A stretch of DNA of 64,000 nucleotides from Macrostomum hystrix (lineage: Eukaryota; Animalia; Platyhelminthes), in contig CATNEN010000011.1 in NCBI GenBank assembly GCA_950097015.1, positions 4,650,001 to 4,714,000 on the forward strand. The letters are read 5' to 3'. A program made the position numbers and the translations under genes. Positions 26,843 through 40,269 of the stretch are shown one piece after another. Each line of letters begins with the position of its first letter. The first letter of the stretch is position 1. The notes below the pieces were generated by a model, which did no database searches, was not told the origin of the DNA, and worked only from the letters and a program-made list of their open reading frames with translations.

Positions 26843-29800
26843 TCACAATCGCGCATTCTCGTCCAATTCGTCGTCATCTTGATCAGCCGAATCGATCAAC
26901 GGCTTATAGGCATAGTCTCGACGCTGACTGGATCCATTAGTAGACTGCGATGCAGCAGAGCCAGTTGATTTGACTCTGCCACGACAGAGGCGTTTACCAA
27001 AGACCAGAATGGAACAGAGAATGAACACGCACACAGACATGATCAACAGCAGTACCATTGGCGCTCCAAACGCTGGGTGTACACTATTGAACAGCTGCAG
27101 GCCAAACCTACCGGCGCTGCATTCGTAGGCTAGATTGGCTGCATCCAGTGATGGAAAATACTTCGGCGTCATTCGATCAAGTGTACAGTCTGTATTTTTA
27201 CCGCAGCCGGGCGGAAGGAGCCGTCTGGGACTGCGCTTAGTCGAATTACGATACACGAAACGCAGGCTGGAGTCACTGTACACTTCCATAGCCAGTAGGG
27301 CAGCTGGTGGCGGAACAAAGCCAAGTTGAGCTTGACCAACGCCAAGGGCTGAGGCTAGAGCAGCCACGGTTGAGTCGTGAGCTGAGTAGATAATCAGGCG
27401 AATACTGCTGCCATTTTTTGACGCTTCGTTGTTGTCGTTCAATAATTTGGCTCGAGCGCTGGGGTGATATATAACAGATTAGGATTGAAGTATATACACT
27501 ATGAAACTGTTCACAGTAGACATAGACACCATTTAGAAGTAGATAGGTAGACAGATAAGGAAGTTAGATGGCATAGGTGAGTAGATAGATAGGTAGACAA
27601 GAGGTAAGTGGGTAGATAGGTGGGTAGATAGATGGGTCAGGTGGGTAGATAGATGGGGCAGGTGGGTAGATAGATGGGGCAGGTGGGTAGATAGATGGGG
27701 CAGGTGGGTAGATAGATGGGGCAGGTGGGTAGATAGATAGGGCAGGTGGGTAGATAGATGGGGCAGGTGGGTAGATAGATGGGGCAGGTGGGTAGATAGA
27801 TAGGGCAGGTGGGTAGATAGATAGGGCAGGTGGGTAGATAGATGGGGCGGGTGGGTGGATTGATAAAGATTTCATGAAGGCAGCGGGACAGGGGATGAAG
27901 GAAGAAAGTTTCAAAATAACGACTCGGTAAAATGTGTCAAGTACAAATGCGGCGAAAAACAGGCTTAGCATAGCAACAAAAGTACAACGCGAAGTTGCCA
28001 CGTGATTCGGAATCACCAGGTCCAGCCTTTATCTAATAAAGTCGAGTCTAATTTCTAATTCACTAAGTGAAAGGGGGTAGCTATGCTTGCTAGATTAGCC
28101 GAAGTAAGGTTTTAATTATTCGAAATTCGAAAGGCTATTCTCAAAAAAATGTGAAGTTCTCAGCATCGTGTACTAATTAACTTTTTATCTCAAATGAATT
28201 TTACACGCTTTCAAAGACTTTTAAACTCATGGTGACATTCTTTTCCGTGATTACAACTCTTGCTGCGATTCTAGTTAAGATTCTAACTGCGATTCTAGCT
28301 ACAACTCTTGCTGCGATTCTAGCTACAACTCTTGCTGCGATTCTAGCTACAACTCTTGCTGCGATTCTAGCGACGACTCTTGCTGCGATTCTAGTTAAGA
28401 TTCTAACTGCGATTCTAGCTACAACTCTTGCTGCGATTCTAGCTACGACTCTTGCTGCGATTCCAGTAACGACTCTTGTTGCGATTAAAATTACAACTTT
28501 TGCTGCGATTCTAGTCACGACTCTTGCTGCGATTCGAGTAACGATTCCTGCTGCGATTCTAGTCACGACTCTTGCTGCGATTCGAGTAACGATTCTTGCT
28601 GCGATTCTAGGTACAACTCTTGCTGCGATTCTAGTCACGACTCTTGCTGCGATTCTAGTTTTAACTCCTGCTGCGATTCCAGTAACGACTCTGCTGTGAT
28701 TTTGAATAGTTTGCTATGAAAAAAATTAGTTTCCGGATAAAAATCTAATTGCTGATTCTCTTTTTTCGGGAAAAATTAATTTAACACGCAAACCTGATCT
28801 CTAATGTCAGTTATTATCAAGGGCTTTCTTAAATTTAAAAAATCTGTCAATTTACTGTCTTTCTAGTCAATTATTAATTGGGAAATCATATCAGTTGTGG
28901 GCTTCTATTTTTGGGAGACCATATTTTCAAATATCGAGTGATTAATTTAATAGACAAGCTTCACGAGAAGGGAGATGCAAGGGACAAATTCGATAGATTT
29001 TTTCCCCGAAAAAATCTGAGAAGCTTATTCACGAATCGGGCACTGATAATGAGGATCAATGATCATTGAGGATTTAATGAGCGAAACTGACACGCGAGTG
29101 GACAACACGATGAAAAGTAACTAATAGGGGATTTATGGATAAGGAATAATGGGATACAGACATTAAGCAACAGGTGAAGATATTGGAGCGCATCGAAAAG
29201 ACAATGAGGTGAAGAATGAAGAAAAAGAGGTCAGAAAGTAGACGATATGTATCGAAATAGCTGTAGTTCGAAACGCACGTTTATAGTTTGAACGAAACAA
29301 AAAAAGGAAAATATAAAAAAATAGTTCTAAAAAATTCAGGCTGATATGCTTCGAAAAAGTTTAATTCTTGGTTTAGAAAAATATTTCGGTAAGAAATTAT
29401 AAAAATATAAGAAATCCATCAGAATATAAATGACCGATATGTATTGAAAAACCTATATGAAAAACCTAAAGGGTAAAAACAAACACAATACTAGACACTA
29501 ACCTGCTAAGCATCCTGTCCAGGATTGGACCGCCGCAGAAGCGTCTAATAGCAGGATTATAGTCGAATTTCATTTGGTATTCTTTGCGCCTTAAAAACTG
29601 CAACGATTCATAGTCTGAGTTGCTGAGCCAGCTAGGCAAAGGCAGCCGCATGCCAAGCCACATCTGCGCAGAACTGCCCAAATTCCACGCGTCTTTAAGG
29701 CTGAAATCTGCCTTGCCAGTGGCTTCGGCTAGGCGTTTTAGGAAGTCCCGAGCTCGAATCGTCTCGGCGCGATACGCAGGCCCATTCATGGCGGCGTTCA

Positions 29801-32800
29801 GCAGGCGATCGCGGGCTGGACAGGTGTAACTGGGGGACCCGTGTTGGTGTATTAGGCTAATCTTTAACATCAAATGAAAGATACTACGTTTCAAGAAATA
29901 TGTCACGAGATGTAGGAACATAGGGAAGACAAGAGAGGGTGGTAAGTTGGGGAAGATATGATAAAAAGGAAAATGAGAGAAGGGATGAGGGGGAGATGGG
30001 ATGAGGGGGAGATGGGATGAGGGGGAGATGGGATGAGGGGGAGATGGGATGAGGGGAAGATGAGATCGGGGGAGATTGGATGAGGGGAAGATGGGATGAG
30101 GGAGAGATGGGATGAAGGGAAGATGAAATGAGGGGGGGATGGGATGAGGGGAAGATGAGATCGGGGGAGATGGGATGAGGGAGAGATGGGATGAAGGGAA
30201 GATGAAATGAGGGGGGGATGGGATGAGGGGAAGATGAGATCGGGGGAGATGGGATGAGGGGAAGATGAGATGAGGGGGGATGGGATGAGGGGAAGATGAG
30301 ATCGGGGGAGATAGGATGAGGGGGAGATAGGATGAGGGGAAGATGGGATTTGGAGGAGATGGGATGAGGGGGAGATGGGATGAGGGGGAGATAGGATGAG
30401 GGGGAGATAGGATGAGGGGAAGATGGGATGAGGAGGAGATGGGATAAAGGCGAGATGGGATGAGGGGGAGAGACGAGAGTAGAGGGGAGATAGGATGACT
30501 TGAGGCAAAATGAGGAGGTAAAAGCAGTGTGGGACCGTCCCACAGTGGGAGAGATTTAATTTTAGCATTTTTCTTGTATTCTAAAAGGTTCCCAATTTTA
30601 GCATCCACCGCAACCGGCCTTTGTACACCAATGCGTCACTGACTAAGCAAAATGCCACATCCTTCTTAAGGAAAACTGATTTGCAACCTGCAAGGCTGGT
30701 TAATAATTTAGGTGTAAAAATTAGACCAAAAAATATATAGACGCAAAATGGCAGTCCATTATGGAGCTTGTTTTTAAGTAAGACGTTTCTGTGCATTAAT
30801 AACTACCTCTTGGCTAATCACAAACACTTTTAGGATTTTTAAATCATCTCTTGGCACTCCTAACCATCTCTTGGCACTCCTAACCACCTCTTGGCACTCC
30901 TAACCATCTCTTGGCACTCCTAACCATCTCTTGGCACTCGTAACAATCTCTTGGCGCTCCTAATCATCTCTTGGCACTCCTAATCATCTCTTGGCACTCC
31001 TAATCATCTCTTGGCACTTCAAATCATCTCTTGGCACTCCTAACCATCTCTTGGCACTCCTAACTATCTCTTGCACTCCTAATCATCTCTTGGCACTCGT
31101 AACCATCTCTTGGCGCTCCTAATCATCTCTTGGCACTCCTAATCATCTCTTGGCACTTCAAATCATCTCTTGGCACTCCTAATCATCTCTTGGCACTCCT
31201 AACCATCTCTTGGCGCTCCTAATCATCTCTTGGCACTCCTAATCATCTCTTGGCACTTCAAATCATCTCTTGGCACTCCTAATCATCTCTTGGCACTCCT
31301 AACCATCTCTTGGCACTCCTAATCATCTCTTGGCACTCCTAACCATCTCTTGGCACTCCTAATCATCTCTTGGCGCTCCTAATCATCTCTTGGCACTCCT
31401 AACCATCTCTTGGCACTCGTAACCATCTCTTGGCACTCCTAACCATATCTTGGCACTCGTAACCATCTACCGGGACCCTGAAAAATAGCTTGTTCTTAAA
31501 GATAGCTGCCAACTACAGAGTATAAAAAATTAATTTTCTTGAAAAAAACTTACGAAGTAGGCTTAAACACATCCTGAGACTTTGGGACCGGCTTCAACAG
31601 TGTGAACTGCTTATTGGTGCTGGAACTATTCGATTGGCTAGCAAACGATGGAAATAAGCCGGACAGAAATGCCAGACGAGAATCAACTGTGCGAGACGTG
31701 TCCGTACTGTGAGCGACAACCTGCGAGTGATGAGCAAGCTCAATTGAGTGCTTTTAGCAAATGTATTTTAATACAACAATACAGAAAAATTCACCAATTT
31801 TATTAGACAAAACTTACAAAGTTTCTCAGAAACAGTTTATGAATTTATGTAGATAGGAATTTCTTGGAAACAGTTCATGAAGTTATGTAGATAGGATTTT
31901 CTTAGAAACAGGTCACGAAGCTATGTAGATAGGATTTTCTAAGAAACAGGTCATGAAGTTATGTAGATTGGAATTTCTTAGAAACAGTTCATGAAGTTAT
32001 GTAGATAGGATTTTCTTAGAAACAGGTCACGAAACTATGTAGACAGGAGTTACTTAGAAACATTTCATGAAGTTATGTGGATAGGAGTTTCTTAGAAACA
32101 GTTCATGAAGCTATGTGGATAGGAGTTTCTTAGAAACAGGTCATGAAGCTATGTGGATAGGAGTTTCTTAGAAACAGGTCATGAAGCTATGTGGATAGGA
32201 GTTTCTTAGAAACAGGTCACGAAACTATGTATACAGGAGTTTCTTAGAAACAGTTCATGAAGTTATGTGGATAGGAGTTTCTTAGAAACAGGTCATGAAG
32301 CTATGTGGATAGGAGTTTCTTAGAAACAGTTCATGAAGCTATGTGGATAGGAGTTTCTTAGAAACAGTTCATGAAGCTATGTGGATAGGAGTTTCTTAGA
32401 AACAGTTCATGAAGCTATGTGGATAGGAGTTTCTTAGAAACAGTTCATGAAGCTATGTGGATAGGAGTTTCTTAGAAACAGGTCATGAAGCTATGTGGAT
32501 AAGAGTTTCTTAGAAACAGTTCATGAAGCTATGTGGATAGGAGTTTCTTAGAAACAGGTCATATAACTTTGTGGATAGGAGTTTCTTAGAAACAGGTCAT
32601 ATAACTTTGTGGATAGGAGTTTCTTAGAAACAGTTTAGAAAACTTAAAGGAGTATGATTTTGTTGTAAAATGGTCATTATCCTTGTGAAGATTAAAGTTT
32701 CTTAAAAAAACTTATGCATATGTTCCTGGAAGATTTTCTAAGAAGCTTAAAATCTTATCCGTATATTCTAGAAGATTTTCTAAGAAACTTAAAATCTTAT

Positions 32801-33431
32801 CCGTATATTCTAGAAGATTTTCTAAGAAACTTAAAATCTTATCCGTATATTCTAGAAGATTTTCTAAGAAACTTAAAATCTTATCCGTATATTCTAGAAG
32901 ATTTTCTAAGAAACTTAAAATCTTATCCGTATATTCTAGAAGATTTTCTAAGAAACTTAAAATCTTATCCGTATATTCTAGAAGATTTTCTAAGAAATTA
33001 AAAATATTATTTATAAGAATCTTAAAATCTTATTTCTATTTTCTAAGAAGATATTTCTTAAGAAAGTGGTTAATTACTGAAAAAAGACACGGAATTACCT
33101 GATTTGGATCATAGCGATCCGGCAACAATCCCTGCTCCTTATAATGATTCCTGACAAACTGGCCAAGCTCTCGCATCTCATCAAAGCCAGCCGGTGTTAG
33201 GCGGCCCAGACTGGATTTGTACCTGTCCGCATAGGGATCATTAGGCACTAGGTGAAGTGGATTTCGAATACCGTGCCTAAACACCAGCTGCAGTTGCACC
33301 AGTTTAGTGCCGTCGACTGTCGGAGGCGCTACAATTGCCAACAAGAGGCAGAGCAGCAACAGGTAATTAGGCACGGCTGCGCGTACAAAATAAATATTAA
33401 TTAGAGCGGAGCGAATAGTCGAAGACTGCAT
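26843..33431 (-). CDS. Histidine acid phosphatase, lysosomal/prostatic (ACP2/ACPP-like), paralog A; 4 exons, ~480 aa
   Basis: Exons 33431-33099, 31720-31554, 29829-29503, 27458-26843 (phases 0, 2, 2). Signal peptide, RHGIRNP, STDTSRT, SAHDST, C-terminal TM helix and a YKPL (YxxPhi) tail. Confidence 0.92.
27590..27858. repeat. 21-nt minisatellite (GGGCAGGTGGGTAGATAGATG)n, ACP-A intron 3
   Basis: Tandem units. Confidence 0.95.
28255..28697. repeat. 24-nt minisatellite (CTCTTGCTGCGATTCTAGCTACAA)n, ACP-A intron 3
   Basis: Tandem units; explains ORFs 28201-28638 and 28229-28699. Confidence 0.95.
29985..30480. repeat. ~16-nt G-rich minisatellite (GGGATGAGGGGGAGAT)n, ACP-A intron 2
   Basis: Degenerate tandem units. 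Confidence 0.94.
30850..31468. repeat. 20-nt minisatellite (ATCTCTTGGCACTCCTAATC)n, ACP-A intron 2
   Basis: Tandem units. Confidence 0.96.
31820..32635. repeat. 38-nt minisatellite (TTAGAAACAGTTCATGAAGCTATGTGGATAGGAGTTTC)n, ACP-A intron 1
   Basis: Tandem units. Confidence 0.96.
32730..33000. repeat. 42-nt minisatellite, ACP-A intron 1
   Basis: About six near-identical units (translate as ILEDFLRNLKSYPY). Confidence 0.95.
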
Positions 33432-33514
33432 TTTGGACTGCTGAAAAATAGGGAACTATAAAGTTAGATGCCCTGTTAGAAAGGCTAGTTCAATAAGAAA
33501 TACAGGTAGATGAT

Positions 33515-34630
33515 GACAGAATGACAGACAACTACAGGCAGATAATGACAGGCAGACAGACAAATACAGGCAGATAATGACAGACAACTACAGGCAGATA
33601 ATGACAGACAGACAGACAACTACAGGCAGATAATGACAGACAACTACAGGTAGATAATGACAGACAGACAACTACAGGCAGATAATGACAGACAGACAGA
33701 CAACTACAGGCAGATAATGACAGACAGACAGACAACTACAGGCAGATAATGACAGACAGACAGACAACTACAGGCAGATAATGACAGACAGACAGACAAC
33801 TACAGGCAGATAATGACAGACAGACAGACAACTACAGGTAGATAATGACAGACAGACAGACAACTACAGGCAGATAATGACAGACAGACAGACAACTACA
33901 GGCAGATAATGACAGACAGACAGACAACTACAGGTAGATAATGACAGACAGACAGACAACTACAGGTAGATAATGACAGACAGACAACTACAGGCAGATA
34001 ATGACAGACAGACAGACAACTACAGGCAGATAATGACAGACAGACAGACAACTACAGGCAGATAATGACAGACAGACAGACAACTACAGGCAGATAATGA
34101 CAGACAGACAGACAACTACAGGCAGATAATGACAGACAGACAGACAACTACAGGCAGATAATGACAGACAGACAACTACAGGTAGATAATGACACAGACA
34201 GATGATTACAGACAGACAGACAGACAGACAGACAACTACAGGCAGATAATGACAGACAGACAGACAACTACAGGCAGATAATGACAAACAGACAGACAAC
34301 TACAGGTAGATAATGACACAGACAGATGATTACAGACAGACAGACAGACAGACAGACAACTACAGGCAGATAATGACAGACAGACAGACAACTACAGGCA
34401 GATAATGACAGACAGACAGACAACTACAGGCAGATAATGACAGACAGACAACTACAGGTAGATAATGACACAGACAGATGATTACAGACAGACAGACAGA
34501 CAGACAGACAACTACAGGCAGATAATGACAGACAGACAGACAACTACAGGCAGATAATGACAAACAGACAGACAACTACAGGTAGATAATGACACAGACA
34601 GATGATTACAGACAGACAGACAGACAAACA
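33515..34630. repeat. (GACA)n-derived 32-nt minisatellite with a 276-nt higher-order duplication, between ACP-B and ACP-A
   Basis: Unit GACAGACAGACAGACAACTACAGGCAGATAAT. Identical ORFs 34084-34299 and 34360-34575 are offset by 276 nt. Confidence 0.95.
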
Positions 34631-35404
34631 AATACATGTTGATAATAACAGACAGGCAGACAGGCAGACAGACAAATTACAACCAGTAGATTACGAGAGA
34701 GAGAGGAAGAAAGTACACAAAACTTTAGAACAGGAAAAAATGAAAGAAGTTGGTATGCAGATGTTAATTACATGGACATGAGTAGGTCACAAAATTGCTG
34801 TTTGAAAAACTCTGAATCTGATTGAAAAATACTTCGATGACAGGTTGTCAAATTGTCTTCAAATATTTTCTCTTGCTGGCGCTTTTGCGAAGCGAACAGA
34901 CATCTTGCGTAGACTAGGCTTATCTACGAGTTTTATGACGTAATCAACCTAATCTGCGATCTGAGAAAATTAAACTACTTACTTAATTACGAGTAAAATC
35001 CTTCATAGCCTACTATAAACAGTCAAGAAAGAAAAAAAATGTTATTTTCCGTGGTTAAACAAAAACTTCAGTGATAGAACAATCAATTTGTTATATATAA
35101 CAAATACAAAACAAAAGCGAGCATCGCATTGTATCAATGAGTGCGCCAACAAAAATAAAGCTTAGAACATGCAATGAAGGAAAGCTGATCTACTGTTTAT
35201 GCAGAAGAGAGTGATTTTTATTTTCTTTTGCAATACATCACAAGGAATGCGACTTCAATTATTTATAAGTAAATTTCCTAGTACGAGCGTACAAGACGTT
35301 TCCAGTAGTACTTTGAGTAGTTAGTATGTGCATTTTTAGCATTATTTCTGATTAAAAATGTACAGAGTGTCTGTAAGTAGAAAGAGTGAACGAAAGAATC
35401 CAAA

Positions 35405-38400
35405 TTAACTGTTCTTAGCCTTACTATTACTATTAGTAGTAGTATTTGTCGTTGATTGTTCCATGCAACAGTTGGAATCAGCCGAATCAGCACTATCAGA
35501 CGATCGTTTGTGTTTCACAAGCCGCTGATACTGATGCCCTGGTCCTGTCTGCTGCTTACGCAAGCAGTTGGTTACCAAGGCAACGAATAGACAGATTATA
35601 ATAACAAATTGAATTGCAATTATAGGTTTATCTTTGATTAGCAATTCTAACCATTTACTACTAGTAGTAGCAGCAGCCGCAGTAGCAGCGAAATCCGGTT
35701 TCAACATGCACATATCTTCGCCAGATTTAAACCAGACACCGCGTCGCCGCATCTGGGTAGCCAATTTTGAGACTAGACAAGGCTGAGCACAGAATGGTAT
35801 GGCTAGGGCTTGAGGCGGATCAGTAGGATGACTGCTATTTCGATAGAATAATTTTATTTCTCCATTGTCGTACAGTTCTAGCATCACGCAAGCTGCTAGT
35901 GGCGGTTGGATATTGTTGAATACGCCGAATGCGCTTAGAAATGCCGATACTGTACTATCGTGGGCTGAGTAAACTTGTAGGATCTGCGGAATTGTTGGTA
36001 GAAATGGGAGAGATTAGGTACTCAACATAATCAAGATTGGGATCAGGGAAATCGAAATCCTATGCACAGTCTGGGGATCTGGGATGAGTTTCCTAATCTG
36101 GGGATCCGGGATGAATTTCCTAATCTGGGGATCCGGGATAAGTTTCCTAATCTGGGGATCTGGGATGAGTTTCCTAATCTGGGGATCCGGGATGAATTTC
36201 CTAATCTGGGGATCCGGGATAAGTTTCCTAATCTGGGGATCTGGGATGAGTTTCCTAATCTGGGGATCTGGGATGAGTTTCCTAATTCGGGATCTTGAAT
36301 TTCCTAATCAGGGGATCTTGGATGAGTTTCCTAATCTGGGATGATTTTCCTAATCTGGGGATCCTGGATGAGTTTCCTAATATGGGATGATTTTCCTAAT
36401 CTGGGGATCCTGGATGAGTTTCCTAATTCGGGATCTTGAATTTCCTAATCAGGGGATCTTGGATGAGTTTCCTAATCTGGGATGATTTTCCTAATCTGGG
36501 GATCTGGGATGAGTTTCCTAATCTGGGGATCTGGGATGAGTTTCCTAATCTGGGATGATTTTCTTAATCTGGGGATCTGGGATGAGTTTCCTAATCTGGG
36601 GATCTGAGATGAGTTTCCTAATCTGGGGATCTGGGATGAGTTTCCTAATCTGGGGATCTGGGATGAGTTTCCTAATCTGGTGATCTGGGATGAGTTTCCT
36701 AATCTGGTGATCTGGGATGAGTTTCCTAATCTGGGGATCCGGGATGAATTTCCTAACCTGGTGATCTGGGATGAGTTTCCTAATCTGGGGATCTGGGATG
36801 AGTTTCCTAATCTGGGGATCTGGGATGAGTTTCCTAATCTGGGGATCTGGGATGAGTTTCCTAATCTGGTGATCTGGGTTGAGTTTCCTAATCTGGGATC
36901 TGGGATGAGTTTCCTAATCTGGGATCTGGGATGAGTTTCCTAATCTGGGATCTGGGATGAGTTTCCTAATCTGGGGATCTGGGATGAGTTTCCTAATCTG
37001 GGGATCTGGGATGAGTTTCCTAATCTGGGGATCTGGGATGAGTTTCCTAATCTGGGGATCTGGGATGAGTTTCCTAATCTGGGGATCTGGGATGAGTTTC
37101 CTAATCTGGGGATCTGGGTTGAGTTTCCTAATCTGGGGATCCGGGTTGAGTTTCCTAATCTGGGGATCTGGGTTGAGTTTCCTAATCTGGGGATCTGGGT
37201 TGAGTTTCCTAATCTGGGTTGAGTTTCCTAATCTGGGGATCTGGGTTGAGTTTCCTAATCTGGGTTGAGTTTCCTAATCTGGGTTGAGTTTCCTAATCTG
37301 GGGATCCGGGATGAGCTTCCTAATCTGGGGATCCGGGATGAGTTTCCTAATCTGGGGATCTGGGTTGAGTTTCCTAATCTGGGGATCTGGGATGAGTTTC
37401 CTAATATGGGGATCTGGGATGAGTTTCCTAATCTGGGGATCCGGGATGAGTTTCCTAATATGGGGATCTGGGATGAGTTTCCTAATATGGGGATCTGGGA
37501 TGAGTTTCCTAATCTGGGGATCCGGGATGAGTTTCCTAATCTGGGGATCTGGGTTGAGTTTCCTAATCTGTGGATCTGGGATGGGTTTTCTAATCTGGGG
37601 ATCTGGGATAAGTTTCCTAATCTGGGGATCTTGGATGAGTTTCCTAATCTGGGGATCCTGGATGAGTTTCCTAATATGGGGATCTGGGATGAGTTTCCTA
37701 ATCTGGGGATCTGGGATGAGTTTCCTAATATGGGGATCTGGGATGAGTTTCCTAATATGGGGATCTGGGTTGAGTTTCCTAATCTGTGGATCTGGGATGG
37801 GTTTTCTAATCTGGGGATCTGGGATAAGTTTCCTAATCTGGGGATCTGGGATGAGTTTCCTAATCTGGGGATCCTGGATGAGTTTCCTAATATGGGGATC
37901 TGGGATGAGTTTCCTAATCTGGGGATCTGGGATGAGTTTCCTAATATGGGGATCTGGGATGAGTTTCCTAATATGGGGATCTGGGTTGAGTTTCCTAATC
38001 TGGGATCTGGGATGGGTTTTCTAATCTGGGGATCTGGGATAAGTTTCCTAATCTGGGGATCTGGGATGAGTTTCCTAATCTGGGGATCCTGGATGAGTTT
38101 CCTAATATGGGGATCTGGGATGAGTTTCCTAATCTGGGGATCTGGGATGAGTTTCCTAATCTGGGGATCCTGGATGAGTTTCCTAATATGGGGATCTGGG
38201 ATGAGTTTCCTAATCTGGGGATCTGGGTTGAGTTTCCTAATCTGGGGATCTGGGTTGAGTTTCCTAATCTGGGGATCTGGGTTGAGTTTCCTAATCTGGG
38301 GATCTGGGATGAGTTTCCTAATCTGGGGATCTGGGATGAGTTTCCTAATCTGGGGATCCGGGATGAGTTTCCTAATCTGGGATCTGCGTTGAGTTTCCTA

Positions 38401-40161
38401 ATCTGGGGATCTGGTATGATTGGCATATGCAGTCTGGGGATCTGGGATAATTATTTGAACCCTAATTCTCGGATTTTAAACTCTCATTAGAGGACTTAAA
38501 TATCGACGAATCGAAAGAGAAAATATAACGTTAAAGAAAATCAATCTACCTTATTGCTTTTTCCGCTCAGTCTAGCCTGAGAATCTTCAACCAGCTTGGC
38601 AACTAGGGCACCCATTCGACTCGAGTACAGTTCAGGCTCAGAGAATTTCCAAGCGAACTTCAAATTGCGCAACTCGTCAAGGCCAGCCAGGACTCGATTG
38701 TCCAGCCAATCAGGCAGCTTCAATCCCAGCGAGCGCCAGACAGCCACCGGGTCGGCGATCTTCCACAGCTCCGAGATTCCTAAGGGTTCGGCGCGAGGCC
38801 AGCCGGTACCAGCGCGAGCCAGCTCAGCCAGCCAAGCGAATCTCTCGCCGGCCGAGGAGTAGGCACCGCCGGGGCGGCGTTTAAATTGGCGCCAAAAACG
38901 CGTGTAGGCCGGACAAGGAGAGCTCATCTTCAGCAGCTGATCCGTGGACTTTGGCACCGTGTGAATCTGCGGCGAAGCGGCGACCAATGGATATAAACAA
39001 AGACACACTACTACGGACAAAGACACGCTATGGACAGAATTATAACCACTATCAAAGACAAAGACAATAAAGACACAAGCGAATACACAATTAAATACAC
39101 AAACAAAGACACAAGTATAGACACAAGTATAGACACAACAAGACACAACAATAGACCCAAACAATAGACACAAACAAAGACACAACTAGAGACACAAGCA
39201 TAGGCACAAAGACACAACTATATACATAACAATAGACACAACAAGACAAAACAATAGACCCAAACAATAGACACAAAGACACAACTAGAGACACAAAAAT
39301 AGACACAAACAAAGACACAAAAATAGACACAAACAAAAACACAACTATGTGGCACCCATTTTGCAGCTGGGTGAATTTAGCAATCAAGTCAACGGCGACA
39401 CTTTTCTCCCTTAAACTGAGATTAACTTAAACTCATTTCGCTGACTCCTGAGCACACACGCACACAGGTGTGTACATCTGCACCGAATTTCACATCGTCA
39501 GGCAGTGTACACTCTCACTGTGCTTTGGAGGTGTATCCTCAAGGCCGTGAATTGCACGAGAAGCCCCCAAGCCTTCTCTACGCGGCTGCGCCCCAAATGA
39601 ATGTGGCCTCGCCGAGGAATCGAGCTCGGGGACCTTGGCGCGAGAGGCAAATGCGTTAGACCACTAACAAACAAACTAGTAAAAAAGAGTTCTACTTACC
39701 GGCACTGGATAACAAGCGGGCAGCTGAGAATCATCTTCATCATTGGAATTGCCCTTTGCTCTGCTAACAGAGCATTGATCTGGAAACAAACCATTGGTGT
39801 TAGCCTGAGCACTCATTATAGTCCTATCAGTGTCCGTACTCCGAACGTGCATCAGTGTGACATTGAATCTACTAGGCAGTAGATGCTTATACCGCCCACG
39901 CAAATATCGACCCAGCAGATAGTGCTGCTTAACCCCCGCCTCCAATAGTTGCTCATTGCCGTAGGCTCGAAATAAACTTTTGTAAGGATCTGTCGGAAAT
40001 GTGTGAACAGGGGTGCGTTCGCCGTGACGAAATAGCAGAGTCACCTGGAGCAGAGAAGCTGGCTGCTGCTGCTGTTGTTTATCTTCAACTGCCCTGCACA
40101 GTGAAGCATGGATTAGTAGAACGAAAACTGACAGCACTGACAGTAGCGAAGCTGATGACAT
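35405..40161 (-). CDS. Histidine acid phosphatase, lysosomal/prostatic (ACP2/ACPP-like), paralog B; 3 exons, ~485 aa (alternative upstream ATG at 40224)
   Basis: Exons 40161-39700, 38966-38550, 35983-35405 (both introns phase 0). Signal peptide, RHGERTP, RSTDTDRT, PVP|IHTVP, YSAHDST, TM helix and a YQRL (YxxPhi) tail. Confidence 0.93.
36070..38440. repeat. 27-nt minisatellite (CTGGGGATCTGGGATGAGTTTCCTAAT)n filling ACP-B intron 2
   Basis: About 2.4 kb of tandem units; explains the DEFPNLGIW/SFLIWGSGM ORFs. Confidence 0.97.
39000..39345. repeat. Degenerate AGACACAA-type low-complexity repeat, ACP-B intron 1
   Basis: Recurrent AGACACAA(A/G) units directly upstream (sense) of the acceptor at 38967. 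Confidence 0.85.
39437..39668 (-). mobile_element. tRNA-derived SINE family B
   Basis: Minus-strand head GTTAGTGGTCTAACGC...GGTCCCCGAGCTCGATTCC (A-box-like and B-box-like) followed by the family B body. Confidence 0.85.
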
Positions 40162-40269
40162 CCTGCGAATGCAGGCATTATTCGGTATCGATCTGTGACA
40201 CCGCTGAAATAATTCATGTTCCATTCACGCTTAAATCATTTGTTGTTGCACTCGGAAACTGCTTGCAGT

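Noticed and set aside
36062-38490. Long DEFPNLGIW / SFLIWGSGM ORFs (up to 375 aa)
   Set aside because: They are 27-nt repeat read-throughs inside ACP-B intron 2, antisense to the gene, with no domain content.
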